From assembly GCF_009914755.1 (NCBI RefSeq), contig NC_060928.1: a DNA stretch of 64,000 bases, one strand, 5' to 3'. Made by a program: the position numbers and the translations under genes. Positions 1-14,065 of the stretch are shown here, one piece after another. The notes below the pieces were generated by a model. It was not told the origin of the DNA, did not search any database, and worked only from the letters and a program-made list of their open reading frames with translations. The stretch is from the human T2T-CHM13v2.0 reference genome, Homo sapiens. Each line of letters starts with the position of its first letter. Position 1 is the stretch's first letter.

Positions 1-1263
1 GAAACAAACAGGATGAGGGTGTTAACAATAATTCCTTTCTAAAATGTAACTCTCTGCACTTGTTTGAAATTTAGACTTTTATGGGGGATGAGAAACTTCT
101 GAAAAAGATGAAATAAGCTTCCATGAAAATATTATTTTTTGATGAGAGGATATAATTTGCTATGCACTGTGCTTTGCATCAGAATAATATAATTTATTTA
201 TGAAGGACAATTACTTTCCTTAAGAAGGGAGCTGAAAGCAGACTATAGACTAGGAAATATCTCATTCTTTTACTGTGTACTTACTCAGAACAAAGAGAAT
301 TATTTTCTCTGAAGAAACTCTATTTTTAGAATACCACTATTTTACACACAAATGATTCAAGGTAGGCTTACAAACTTTGGGAGGTTAAAATATTCATGTT
401 CAAATAGTTCTGTGTTGGTATTTGAACTGCACGGTAACCTGAAGAGGAAAAAGCTGAGCAGGCCACTTTTTGGTTGGGTGAGAATTGACTTTGTTCATAT
501 ACATATGGGCAGGGCCAAGGGCAATGCTAGGTACATGAGATGTGCTTAAAACATGTATGCTGAATAAATTAATGGGATGAGAAATTAAACAATTGCAATT
601 GAAAGGGAAAAGTGAAAAGATAAAGATGAAGATTGATTTTCTGACTTTTTGAAAAGTTACTGGCATTCAACTTCAAGTCAAATGCTCCATTAATATAGGA
701 CACAGACTGGCAGGAATAACATAATAACTGGGACTAATTTTATCTTGTGGTGCCTCACTTTCACCAATCTTGAAAGCGAATATGTTAATATTTATCTTCT
801 ATCTTTATTTTTCCTATGTCTCCTTTTCTTTAGTTGTTTCATAACATAATTTATTTTTATGTTGCTATATAAGCTACCTCATATGCATTTTTGTAGGCTT
901 CTTTTAATCCCTATCAGAATGGGGTAGAGTAAATATGAATATAAATAATCATAGCTGTTTTATTTTAAATTAGTTCCCCTATAAGTAAGCCTTCATAAAC
1001 TCTTTGTAAACAAACATTTGTAGACATATATGAAAGGTCATTATTAACACTCTCTCTGTGTATTGCTCAGTACTATTTTAAGTAAAATATAAGGTTAGTC
1101 CCCCCATTGTAAGTCCACAGCTAATGTGATCCTGGAGATCCTCATTCTGTTGGTCCATGTTAGTATTAGCATGTGACTCAAACACTTAGTGCAAGTTTTC
1201 CCATCTGTAAAATCTGTGTTTCATAATTCACTATTATCACAAATATTATGAGACTAAATAAAG

Positions 1264-1327
1264 TGATAGGCATTGTTATTTGTCTGTTTCACCTATGACA
1301 GGCATTGTTCTTTGTCTGTTTCACCTA
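1264..1327. repeat. 32-bp tandem duplication (2 copies, 2 mismatches)
   Basis: TGATAGGCATTGTTATTTGTCTGTTTCACCTA / TGACAGGCATTGTTCTTTGTCTGTTTCACCTA. Confidence 0.95.
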
Positions 1328-3427
1328 TTTGTTCTTTTCCATCCTCACCCCTGCCAGGGGGGATTTCCCCTACAATAAAACGTCATACTTATGCTGTGAG
1401 ATGTGATCAATATTGACAAGACTGGAGCCCGTTCCTGTATAGGGGTGAGTGGAGACTGATGTAGTGGCTTTGGCCCACAGAGTGGCAACAAAATGAAGCT
1501 TGGGCCCTGGCAGGAGGGCAGAGAGGCAGAGAAGGAAGAGGGTAGCAGGGAGAAGGAAATCCTGAATGCTTTCCCAAGGCTGGTTTTATTGGAGAGAAAG
1601 ATGACCCTATGGAGATCACAAAGAAATGAATGGCCCATCATCTGGATCCCAGTATGTTCCTGATGATATGCTACTAAGAATGTGCCCTTTCTGGTAATAA
1701 AATTATTTATTACTGGTTCCTCTGGATGCTGCATGACGCTAAATAAAGATTACATATGTATGAGTATTGTGGCATATGCCCATGTTTCATTGAATCTAAG
1801 ATGCAATCAGCTGAAAGATACATCCTTATTTTATGAACCACTAAGAAAGGAAAAAACCCTACTAACTTAACCATGAGGCAGTATTTTATTGTCACTTGAA
1901 ATTTTTATTTTAAACATGTGCAAAAAAGCTCTTCTGAATGTATTTATACATAGATTTCCCTCATTTATCACTCTTGAGTATATATATAAAGGCAAATAAA
2001 TGTAAAGTAAATTTATTCAATGTTCCTAAATGTATTCATATTCAGTCTGAGTTTTCCGAATTACTTTTCCACTTAGAGTTATTGATGTATGTGCTATTTC
2101 CCTCAATGCTGTTGGTTCTTCCTGCAATCGAGGGCATTGATGATGCAGCATTTCTTAAAATCGTGCTTTGCTATTGTCTCTGGAATCTTCTTCAAAGCCA
2201 GTGACACCCAGTCTAAGCTTTAATGTGCAGGCAATAACAACTATTTCATGACTGTCACTGACTGATCTGAGGATCAGGTGTGCACCAGTTTCAGAGTTGT
2301 TAAAATGTGAAGACAAAATGCATGCTTTAGAATGGATAAAATATGGGAATAAATACTCAACAGTGCTAAGATCCTCAGGATTCTCCTTTAAGTAGCTGAA
2401 CAGCATTCTAGATTGAGCTTCTCACATGCATGTGCTGGGGAACATATGTTGCAGGATTCCATAGCCTGGCGGAACAAATGATTCCTAAATTACAATAGCT
2501 CTGAACTTTCAACTGACAGATGGCAGAGCCTCAGGTTCCCCAACTCCAAAGCCTCCATGATTTCAGGAAAGGGAGAGTGCAGTGAGTCTCATATGGAAAA
2601 CCACACAATATTCTGAGGCCAGCCCCATGTGGCAGGCTTTCCGCATTTGGCTCATGCTTAGCAGTACCCAACACACCTGGAGCTGCCTAGAGATGACTTA
2701 TGGATGTCAACTGCTGCCTCTGCCCCTTGCAAAGCTACAATATCCATGCCAAGGGTGCTGTCTTCTAATGCTCCCAGGGATCGCTAATCCCTAGAGTGTC
2801 AGAGATATAGGAGTTTTCATACAGAAGTGGGGACAATGGTCTTCTCCTCAACTCCTTGTCTTATTTTATTCTCTGGATCTCAAAGCATCAAGGCTTATTC
2901 TGAGAGTTTACAGAGTCTTCCAAGAGGCTCTAAATTTCCAGCTGTAATCTTAGGGCTTTAAACCATTCCAAGGTTCCAAGAGGGAGACAGATACAAAATA
3001 TCGTCTTCATCATTGACTTGCACCCCACCATCTGAACTCATCAATGTCCTTTTTGCTTCCCTGCTTGACCCTGAAAAAATACAATAATACTGTCTCTTCC
3101 CTCCCTCCACCAATACTTCTTTTAGCCACAAATAGGAGTGATACCTGTACACTGCAATTTGTGCAAAGCAAAGAGGCAGAGGAGGTATAATGATTGATGT
3201 CCTCTCATACTTGTTTTTAGCCAACAGGAATGACCTTTTACTCAATTTGTGCACACTTCCTCCTCTTTGTAATGAATGTAAGATTATAAACTACTGGACA
3301 GCAAACATTGTCTCAAATATCCTTTATGAATATTTTCTAATGGTGAGCAGTTAACATAAACAATCAATGAAATTTACTTAGTTTCTAATATGACTGATAT
3401 ATTCATACTATAAAAGATTCTATCTGT

Positions 3428-3477
3428 GGCCAGGTGCAGTAGCTCACACCCATAATCCCAGCACTTTGGGAAACAGA
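3428..3477 (+). mobile_element. Alu 5' fragment (~50 bp)
   Basis: GGCCAGGTGCAGTAGCTCACACCCATAATCCCAGCACTTTGGGA matches the Alu left-arm start, then stops abruptly. Confidence 0.8.
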
Positions 3478-5899
3478 GAAAATAAAAACCAAATCAGTGA
3501 GATTATTTTACAATTCCCAGTTTACATATGCAAAGATTTGGAAACTGTACTAACTCATTTTGCAAGAGGCGCTGCAGGGCAGATGAAGATATCTTAATGT
3601 TCTTCAAAAGTCCTCTCTTCAGTGTGTAATTGGAACTTTCAAGAACTTTCAAGAACTGAAAGCTATAGTTTCTTGGGTGATGTGCTTTTCCAGGCACAGA
3701 GCTCATAATCAATATTTCATCATGCTTTCTCTTCGGGGGAACTTTCCTCTCACTGGCCTCTTCTGGGTACCTCTCATTGGTCTCTTTTGCATGCTCTCAA
3801 AAAAACTTTCTCATTTATTTGTAGACTCAAAATTGCAATTCCACCAAAAAAGGGAAGACATCTCTCGATCTCTAAATGAGCACAGGTTTTCTCTGGCTTC
3901 CCGGTCCCTATTTTCCCTCTGCTCGCCAGTTTTAACCTTCATCTCACACGTCAGAATCAAGTCCACGACTACCTTGGCAATGATGATAGGATAATAGAAT
4001 TAGAATGTCCCAGGGCGCCATTTGAGCATCATGCTCTTTCAAGAAAAGATAAACAACACAATTATGAAATATAATTTGTGATACTTTAAAGGCACAGTGT
4101 CTACTAATTTTAAATTTGTGGCATTTATTGGGAAAATATACATTAAACTCTCAGTGATTTGAAAAGAAATTTAGCCACAGCAATAAAACAAGAAGGTTGT
4201 TTTAGGGTAAGGATTTCTCTATCATGTATTTTCCAGTTAGTTTTGTGTGTTTCTCTTAACATTCTACTTTTTCATCAATTTAAACATGATTAAGAAAACT
4301 TATCAGCAGGGCAGCCCTTGAGAGTATTGCCATTTTATCTCAGTAGCTGTGAAATTTCTTAAGGATATTTGCACTTTCTACAACCACGTTTTCACTGTAG
4401 AGAAAGAAATTGACTTGACACTCTAGGGACTTACACTCTCAAGCTACCACATTCAGTACTGACATTCTTTTGAAATCTGCTGTTGATTTGAAAGCTGCTT
4501 TTCATTTCGTAGGCTGACATTTCTAATAATGCGACTCTACTCCCTTGTTCTCTTCTTTCTGTATTGATTCTGGCAGAAACTCAAGAATGAACCCTAGTTT
4601 TCATGATATATAGTAGGATATCTTGACTATCTCTGGGTCTGACTCAATATTTCTGGTGCTTTATTCATTAATCATTATTGTTGAATGACTTGTTCATTCA
4701 CCATATATGAACTTTTTCCTAGTCCATGGCAGTTGTACTTACTATTGGTGTGGTTCCAAGCAGAATTTTGAGACACAAACTTCCCATGTGTCATATGAAA
4801 ATATACATAATTCCATTCATTGATCATCTCTTTATTGGGAATTAAGAGATGTGAAACCCATATACTAGTACCAACATACTAATATACTGGAGTAATAATG
4901 CAGTTATTTTAAAAGTCTTATAACCATAAACATATTTACATCTACATAGTGATAGTCTAAGAAGGACATAAAAGATATGTTTCTTTTTTCCTTCCAGGTT
5001 GAAGAATCTATGCCACACAATACGTGAGAATTGTTTCATGCTTGAGAATTATGCTTGGGCTTGTAGCTACTTGGTGCTAAGAGGGATGGATATTTAAGCC
5101 ACTTGGATCATATAAATTATAGGTAGCCAAATCAAGTTTTCAACACTGAATTAGGTACACTTGACTCCTTGCTCTTTGATTTTTTTTGTTTCTGGAACTT
5201 GGATTCTATAGGCAGAGTTTACTATTTGCTTTCTAGCATTCAAAAATTTCTAAAGGAGTGTAGGTTGTGACTTTAATGGGATCAATGTTATATGACTCAG
5301 TTATTTTGCCTGACAAGTAAATAAATGGTATTTATCACCTAGCAAACTGGAAGCAAGACAAAAAAAGACAGATGTAATTATTTCCCTCCCTCCTAAGTGT
5401 GAGGTCAGTTTGGTTCTGACATTAAAATCTAACTTAGTTCATTTTGATTCAGAAAATATTTTTCTAAGCACTATTTATATGCAAAACACTCTCTAAGATA
5501 CAATGTAGGATTGAAAGATGAAAATGAACTGTAAAAGTCTATTTTGGGGAAGCTGTTGCTTAGGGGACTCTTTATTGATCCTCCTTGATTTGTGGTTGTG
5601 TTAATTTTTAGAGAATTTAGATAATTAACTAACAGAATTGCTGTGTGCATGTTACATTCACAGTGGAGCAGCCCCAGGACTCTGCGGCAGTCCATGCCCC
5701 CTCACGTTCCACAGTGACAGCCTATAATCCAGCGCTGAAATTCCCAGCCCCCAGCACAGCATTTCATATATAGTAACCACTCAGCACACAGATGTACAGA
5801 GTGAATGAGGCTGTGGCTAGCTGGAGCACTTCTCTAGGGGCTATGTGATGACAGACTGGTTAAACCTTGAAGTCCTAAAATCAGACCAAAAATAGGTAG

Positions 5900-6247
<348 letters not shown>

Positions 6248-6324
6248 TAGCTCCGTTCTTCTCGCTGTCCTCCAAAGAGTGTGTATTTAGCTACTTTAGG
6301 TAACTGATTAAAATTATAGCTATT

Positions 6325-6495
6325 GCCTCTTGAACACCACACTAAGCACTTCATATACATCATTACATTCAATCCTTCCAAACTGTATGCAGTGGGAACT
6401 ACTATAGCACAGGTGAGGAAACTAAGGCTTAAGGAGATTAAGCAATTTGCTCAAGATCTCTCAAAGGGTGGCAGATCCAAGATTCAAACCCTGTA
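6325..6495 (-). mobile_element. MIR SINE
   Basis: Core CAGGTGAGGAAACTAAGGCTTAAGGAGATTAAGCAATTTGCTCAAG...GATTCAAACCC. Confidence 0.75.
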
Positions 6496-9400
6496 TTGTG
6501 TGTACACAAATACATTCTTAACCACTCATCTATAAACTAAGAATTCATCCATCTTTCTTATCATATGAAAAAAGAGCATGTCTCCAAATAATACTTTCTT
6601 GAATGTATTTAGCTTCTTTTCAGATTAGAAATTCTCTGCACTTTAGATTAACAACTGGGCTGTGAATTTTGATTTATGAATGTGTATTAATTAAGAAAAG
6701 TTCAATCTTCTATAAGCCACAAAGTTTCAGGAAAAGCTTATTTTCCCTATTCTACTGATGGCTAGTAAATCTTTTTCTTCTCTAATCATCAACGTAGTTA
6801 GAAAATAAAAATTTATGAGTTCTCCCCATCCATCCAGAAGTTGTGAGGCCAGCACTTGGAGAGTGAGTCATTATTGATTCTTCAGTGACAAATGTTGCTG
6901 GAGAAAAGACAAATGCTTTGCCAAATGGCAGAGTTTCTGCTTTACTTTCTTTCAATAATCTATTCTTAATGTTTTCAAGAGGAAAAAACAAAATAATGTG
7001 ATACATATAAAGTAGTAGCAAATGGAGGAATGTTGCATATATTTAGTATAACTCAAGGGATTTACAAAATTATACAACAAAGCCAGGAATATGGTTAAAA
7101 TTAGTTCTCATCATGCAATATAATCACACACAGAACAGTACTGGGGGGTAATATTTTGGAGATGAGATAAATAATCATATTTTGATGTCATACCTTCTCT
7201 GCAAATAAATAATTAGATATTCTAATTAGAAAATTGACACCAACAAGAAATATCCAAGTTTAGGTCTAGCTGTTAGGTTACTGTTTACACTGAGAATTGA
7301 AGAAAAGATACTTTGTAATCTTTAAATTCATCTTTAATAGTGTTTTCCAAAGTAGTTCTAGTTTGATTAACACAGCATTCTACCCTCTATATAGCTTTTG
7401 GAATTTACTATTTTAAATAAATAGATATCCATTGGTGTCAAACCTATCTTTAACTGTTTCTGTACTGGTAATATAACTTACAGTTTTTTTGTTTTATATT
7501 TTGAGGGGTTATATAAATTAAGGATTAGGTTAGAAAGGAAAAATCTTTCTGGTTTTCCTGTCTTAGAAGAGCTTTGTAGAATGAGAGTCATACTCATCTT
7601 TAGCCACTTACCTTTTTTTTTTTTTTTTTAGTTCTTTGAACAAGTTTACTGGCTTTCTGCTTCAAGACCTTTGCATATACGCTTGCAGCTAAGAAATTAT
7701 GTCCAAGTACTCCTGCCCACCTCTTAAAGTTTTACATGTTCAATCTCTTATAATTTTGGTAGACTCCAGCTTAACGTTTTCTCTTCAGAGAGGCTTCCTA
7801 TGTCTATTTAGTCTAAAGTATGCTCTTTCCTTTTATCATTTCCCATTTTGTCCACTTTTTTCTTGACAGTTTTTGTAATGATTTATATTTTATCTTTATT
7901 TCTTTTTTTAATGATACATATGTTTGTACATATGTTGGGATATATATGATATTTTTTTACATGCATAGAATGTGTAATGATAAAGTGAAGGAACTGAGGG
8001 TGTCCAGCACTTCAAATATTTATTATTCCTATGTGGTAGGAAATTTAAAGTCCTCTCTTCTAGCTCTTTCAAAATATACATAACATTGTTGTTAACTATA
8101 ATCACCCTAGTCTATCAAACGTTAGAACTTACTCCTTTTATCTAACTATATCTTTGAATCTGTTAACCAATGTCTTTTCCTCTCCCCCTTCCACCCACCC
8201 ACCCTTTCTAGCCTCTGGTATCTATCATTCTACTCTATACCTCCATGAGATTATCTTTTTTAGTTCTTAATGTGAATGAGAACATTTGATATTTGTCTTT
8301 GTGTGCTTGGCTTATTTTACTTAACATAATGACCCCGAGTTCCAACCATGTTGCTGCAAATGACATGATTTTATTCTTTTTATGGCCAAATAGTATCCAT
8401 TGTGTCTATATACCACATTTTCTTTATCCATTTATTATCTGTTTATAACACCTAGGTTGATTTCATATCTTTGCTATTGTGATTAGTGCTGTAATAAACA
8501 TGGGGGTGCAAGCATCCCTTTGATATTCTGATTTCCTCTCCTTTGGATAAATACCCAGCAGTGCTGGATCATATGGTATTTCTATTTTTAGTTTTTTGAG
8601 AAATCTCCATATTGTTTTCCATAGTGGTTGTACTTATTTACATTCCCACCACCAGGGTATAAGTTTTTTTTTTCTGAATCCTCACCAGCATCTGTTATTT
8701 TTATCTTTTTAATAGTAGCCATTCTAACTGGGATAAGACGATCCCTTACTATGGTTTTGATTTGCATTTCTCTGATGCTTAGTGTGGATATTACACCCTT
8801 GTCTGACAAATGGTTTGCAAATATTTTCTCCAATTTAACAGGACATTTCTTCACTCTGTTGATTGTTTCCTTTGCTGTGCAGAAGCTTTGTGGTAATATA
8901 GTCCCATTTGTCTATTTTTACTTTTGTTGCCTATGCTTTTGAGGTCTTAGTAACAAAACCTTTGCTTAGACCAATGTTCTGAAGTGTGTTTCCTATGTTT
9001 TCTTCTGGTAGCTTTAAAGTTTCAGGTTTTACATTTAAGTCTTTAATCCAAATTGAGTAGATTTTTATGTATGGTGAGGGTAGGGGTCCAATTTCATTCT
9101 TCTGCACACAGTTTTCCCAGCATCGTTTACTGAAGAGGGTGTCCTTTTGCTGATGTATGCTCTTAGCATCTGGGCAAAAATCAGTTGGCTGTAAATATGT
9201 GGATTTATTTCTGGGTTCTCTATTGTGTTCCATTGGTCTGTGTCTGTTTTTATGCCAAATACCATACTGTTTTGGTTATTAAGCATTGTCATATTTTGAA
9301 GTGAGGTAGTGATGCCTCCAGCTTTGTTCTTTTTGCTCAGGATTGCTTTGGCTATTCTGTCTCTTGTTTTGTTTAGGATTATGTTTTCTATTTATGTGAA

Positions 9401-10769
9401 CAAAGATGTGGATGTTTTGATAGGGATTACATTAGATCTGTAGATTGCTTCAGGACATTTTGATAATATTAAATTCTTCTGATCCAGGAGCATGGAAAAT
9501 CTTTCCATTTGTTTTTGTCCTCTTCAATTTCTTTCATTAGTGCTTTGTAGTTTTCCTTGTAGAGGTCTTTGACCTTCTTGGTTAAATTTATTTCTAGGTA
9601 TTTTATATTTTTTATAGCTATTGTATATGGGATTTCTATCTTGATTTATTCTTCAGCTAGTTTATTAGTGTGTGTAGAAGTGCTACTGATTTTTGTATGT
9701 CGATTTTCTATCCTGTACTGAATTTATTTATCAGATCTAAGAGTTTTTGTTGGAGTCTTTAGGTTGTTATAGATATGAGAATATGTCACCTGCAGAGGGA
9801 GACAATTTGACTTCCTCTTTTCTAATTTAGATGCTTTTCACTTTTTTCTTTTGCCTGATTGCTCTGGCTAGGACTTCCAACTATGTTAAATAGGAGTGTC
9901 AAATATGGGCATCCTTGTCTTCTTCCAGATAGTAGAGAAAAGACTTTCAGCTTTTCTTCATTCAGTATGACATTACCTGTGGGTTTGTCATATCTGACCT
10001 TTATTATGTTGAGGTATGTTTCTTCTTTGCCTCTATTGTTGAGAATTTTAATCACGAAGGGATGTTAAATTTTATTACTTTTTTTTTCTGTGTCTATTGA
10101 ACATGATCCTTGTTCTTCATTCTATATATGTGATATATCATGTTTATTGATTTGCATGTTGAACTATCCTTGCATTCCTGGGATAAATCCCACTTAATTG
10201 TGGTGTATTATCTTTTTGATGTGTTGTTGAATTTTGTTTGCTAGTATTTTGTTATTTTTGTGCCTATGTTCATCAGGAATATTGGCCTGTAGTTTTCTTT
10301 TTTGTTTCACTTTTACCTGGTTTTAGTATCAGGGTAATGCTGGCCTCATAGAACAAGTTAGGGAGAATTTCCTCCCCTTCACTTTTTTTTGAAATAGTGT
10401 GAGAGAAGTGATGTTTCTTCTTTGTAAGTTTGGTAGAATTTGGCAATGAAGCCAGCGAGTCCCAGATTTTTCTTTGTTGGGAGACTTTTTTTTATTATTT
10501 ATTGAATCCATTACTTACCATTGGTCTGTTCAGGGTTTCCATTTCTTCCTGATTCAATCTTGATAGGTTGTGTGTGTCCAGAGATGTACACATTTCCTTT
10601 AGGTGTTCCAGTTTGTTAGTGAATGGTTATTCATGATAGTTTCTGAAAATCTTTGTATTTCTGTGGCACCAGGTGTAATGTTTCCTTTATCATTTCTGAT
10701 TTTATTAGGGTCTTCTCTCATGTTTTTTGGTTAGTCTAGCTACTGCTTTATTAATTTTGTTTATCTGTT

Positions 10770-10771
<2 letters not shown>

Positions 10772-10800
<29 letters not shown>

Positions 10801-11079
10801 GAGACAGGGTCTTGCTCTCACCCAGGCTGTCGTGCAGTTGTGTGATCATAGCTCATTGCAACCTTGAACTCCTGGGCTCAAGTGATCTTCTCACCTCAGC
10901 CTCCAGAATAGCTAGGACTACAGGTGTATGCATCTATAGTTGTCTAATTTTTAAATTTTTTGTAGAGACCAGGTCTCATTATGTTTCCCAGGCTGGTTTT
11001 GAATTCCTGGGCTCAAGAATCCTCTCATCTCAGCCTCCCAAAATGCTAGGATTACAGGCATAAGCCACGGTGCTTGGAC
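10772..11079 (-). mobile_element. AluJ inserted in L1MA
   Basis: T29 tail; AluJ diagnostics (GAGACAGGGTCT, CCTGGGCTCAAG); L1 resumes with a duplicated TTTATCT(G/T)TT. Confidence 0.93.
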
Positions 11080-12367
11080 TTCATTTATCTTTTCCAAAAA
11101 CCAATTTTTGTTTTGTTGATTCTTTGTAATTTTTAAGCCTTAATTTTGTTTATTTCTACTCTGATCTTTATTAGTTTTTTCCTTCTACTAATTTTGGGTT
11201 AGTTTGTTCTTGCTTTTCTGTTTCCTTGAGGTTAATTGTTTAATTGTTCATCTGAAAACTTTCTACTCTTTGATGTAGGCATTTGTTACTATAAATTCAT
11301 CTCTAAGCACTGATTTTGCTTTATCCCATAGGTTTTGGTATGTTGTGTTTGAATTTTCATTGGTCTTTGATTTTTTGATTTCTATCTTAATTTCTTCCTT
11401 GACTCAATGGTCGTATTGTTAATGTTCATGTATTTGTACTGTTTCTGAAGATCCTCTTATTTTTAGTTTTATTCCACTATGATCTGAGATACTTATTATG
11501 ATTTTGATTTTTAAAAATTTTTTGAGACTTGTTCTGTGTTCACATACATAGTCTGTCCTGGAGAATGTTCTATGTACTGATGAGAAAAATGTGTATTCTG
11601 CAGCAGTTGGATAAAATGTTTTGTAAATGCCTATAGGTCTATTTTGTTTAATGTGCAGTTTAAATGTAATGTTTCTTTGCTAATTTTCTCTCTACATGAG
11701 CTGTTTAATGCTGAGTAGGGTGTTGAAATTCCCAACTACTATTGTATCAGAGTCTATCTTTCCCTTTATAACTAATAATATCAACTTTATATATCTTGGT
11801 GCTCCAATGTTGGGTGGATGTGTTTGTAACTGTTATATTCTCTTAGTGAATTGATCTCTTTATCATTATATAATGATCTTCTTTGTTTCTTTTTACTGTT
11901 TTAGATATAAAATCTGTTTTAACTCATGTAGGTATAGGTATTCCTGCTCACTTTTCATTTCAATTTGCTTGCCATCTGTTTTTCCATTGCTTTTCTTTCA
12001 GTCTCTGTGTTTCTTTACAAGTGGGATGAGTTTCTTGTAGGATCATGTGTTTTTAAGCATCCAGCTGATCTATATCTTTTTAGTAGAAACTTTAATTCAT
12101 TTACACTCGAGGTAATTATTGACATGTAAGACCTTATTCCTGTCATTTTATTAATTGATTCAGGCTTTTTAAAAGTATATCTTTTGTTCTTTTATTTCTC
12201 TCATTGTTTATAATTGTGGTTTGGTGGCTTTCTGTAGTTAACATTTGAGTCCTTCCTCTTCTTTATTTATGTGTTTGTTCTACCTGTAGGTGTTATATAC
12301 ATTTGTGTGCTTACATAACAGTAGATCGCATCCTTTTGCTTCCAGGTGTAGGATTCCCTTAAGTAGT

Positions 12368-12439
12368 TCTTGTGGGACTGGTCTAGTGGTAATGAATTCC
12401 CCATCTTGTAGGACTGGTCTAGTGATAATGAATTCCCAG
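12368..12439. repeat. 36-bp tandem duplication inside L1
   Basis: TCTTGTGGGACTGGTCTAGTGGTAATGAATTCCCCA / TCTTGTAGGACTGGTCTAGTGATAATGAATTCCCAG. Confidence 0.92.
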
Positions 12440-14065
12440 TTTTCTTCTCAGGGAAAGGCTTTATTTCTCTTTCAGTTATGAAGGATAACTCCGGTGTATA
12501 CATAGTATCCCTGACTGGCAGTGTTTTATCTTTCAGCACTTTGGATATATCATCCTATTCTCTTCTGGCTTGTAAGGTTTATGCTGTTAGTCCGATGGAG
12601 GTTTGCTTATAAGTGTTTAGTTGCTTTTCTCTCACTGTTTTTAGAATTATCTCATTGTCTTTAACTTTTGACAATTTGACTATAATGTGCTGTGGAGAAG
12701 ACTTTTTGAATTGTGTCTATTTGGGGATAACTGAGCTTCTTGTATTTGGATGTTTAATCTTTTGCTAGACTTGGAAAGTTTTTAGCTATTATTTAGTTAA
12801 GAAGGTTTTCTATCTCTTTCATTTTCTCTTTGCGTTCTGGGACACCAAAAATTCCAATATTTGCTCACTTTTTGGTTTTTCATAAGTCATGTAGACATTG
12901 TTTATTCTTTTGAATTATTTTTTCTTTACTTTTATCTGACTGAATTATTTCAAAAGACTCATCTTCACGTTCTGAGGTTTTTTTCTTCTGCTTTATTTAT
13001 TCTATTGTGAAATGTTTCAAATGTATTTTGTTTTTTCTTCAGTAAATCCTTCAGTTCCAGATCTTCTATTTGATTCTTTTAAAAAAATTGATCATTTTAG
13101 TAAATTTCTCATTTGCATCTTGAACTGTTTTTCTGATTTCTTTGCATTATTTATCTATATTCCCTTGTATCTGTGACTGTGAGCTTGGATCACATGGCAA
13201 GCCTTTGTCTTACCATAGTCAGGCTAAAATTAGTTATTTTTATTCCGAGGACACATATTATACAGTATATATACATGCCACAGTATATGTATGTGCTAAT
13301 TGAGTTAAGTGATTATATGTTCCAGATACTTTGCAAGCACAATCTCTGAGGTATATTGTTGTATCCATTATTTTACTGGGAAAATGGAAAACTTGCTTGG
13401 TAAAAAGAACATTCTCACTAAGGTATGCTGGGAGATGAACCTAGGTGTTTTTAACTCCAAAATCTTGCTCGTGATACAACACACTGTTTCCAACTCAAAA
13501 AACTAGAAAGATGGAATTGGAGCAGATTAAATAGGAGCTTAGAATGAAAAAAAATTGGTACAAACATAGAATTTTATTTTTTTTTCCTTATTAGGCAAAT
13601 ATCCACGTCCCCCTCACTCACTGCTGTATATTCTGAAAGATCTGGATATTTGGAAAGAAAATTGCATTATTTTTCTTTTGTCCCAATAAGTGTTTCCTCA
13701 CTTAGGTTCTGTTGTTATATACTTTGTAAAAGACTACATACTCTTACATTACTAAGATAAAGCCACTTACACTGTCATTTAGACATGTTTGTTATATTTT
13801 CCTTTGGTAATAAAATTAACCATCTTCTCTCTCTCTCTCTCTTTCTCTCTGTGTTACATAGATTTCTCTATCATTTTACTTCCCAATTTGATTATTTGTG
13901 AGGGAGAGATTCTCCTTATTTTCTATCTTTCTCTTCAATGTGAGTTCTTTTTAAAAAATATTTAGAATGAAAGTCATCAATAGTGTTCAAAGTTGGGAAA
14001 CTATAACATCAATGAAATACTGCTCTTCAATGTGGCAAAATAAAAAGAATTGAAAATTGGCAATG

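Larger units (their letters stand above)
7885..13172 (-). mobile_element. L1MA-type LINE-1 (3' UTR, decayed ORF2, part of ORF1), ~5 kb, interrupted by AluJ
   Basis: Minus-strand ORF fragments resemble L1 ORF2 (DQWNTIENPEINPHIYSQLIF; YDKPTGNVILNEEKLKVFSLLSGRRQGCP; EKIFANHLSDKG) and ORF1 (ELSFITEREIKPFPEK); L1MA-like 3' end near 7900. Confidence 0.92.

Noticed and set aside
1264-1327. 32-bp and 36-bp direct repeats as CRISPR-like arrays
   Set aside because: Only two abutting copies, no spacers, no cas genes, and the DNA is eukaryotic
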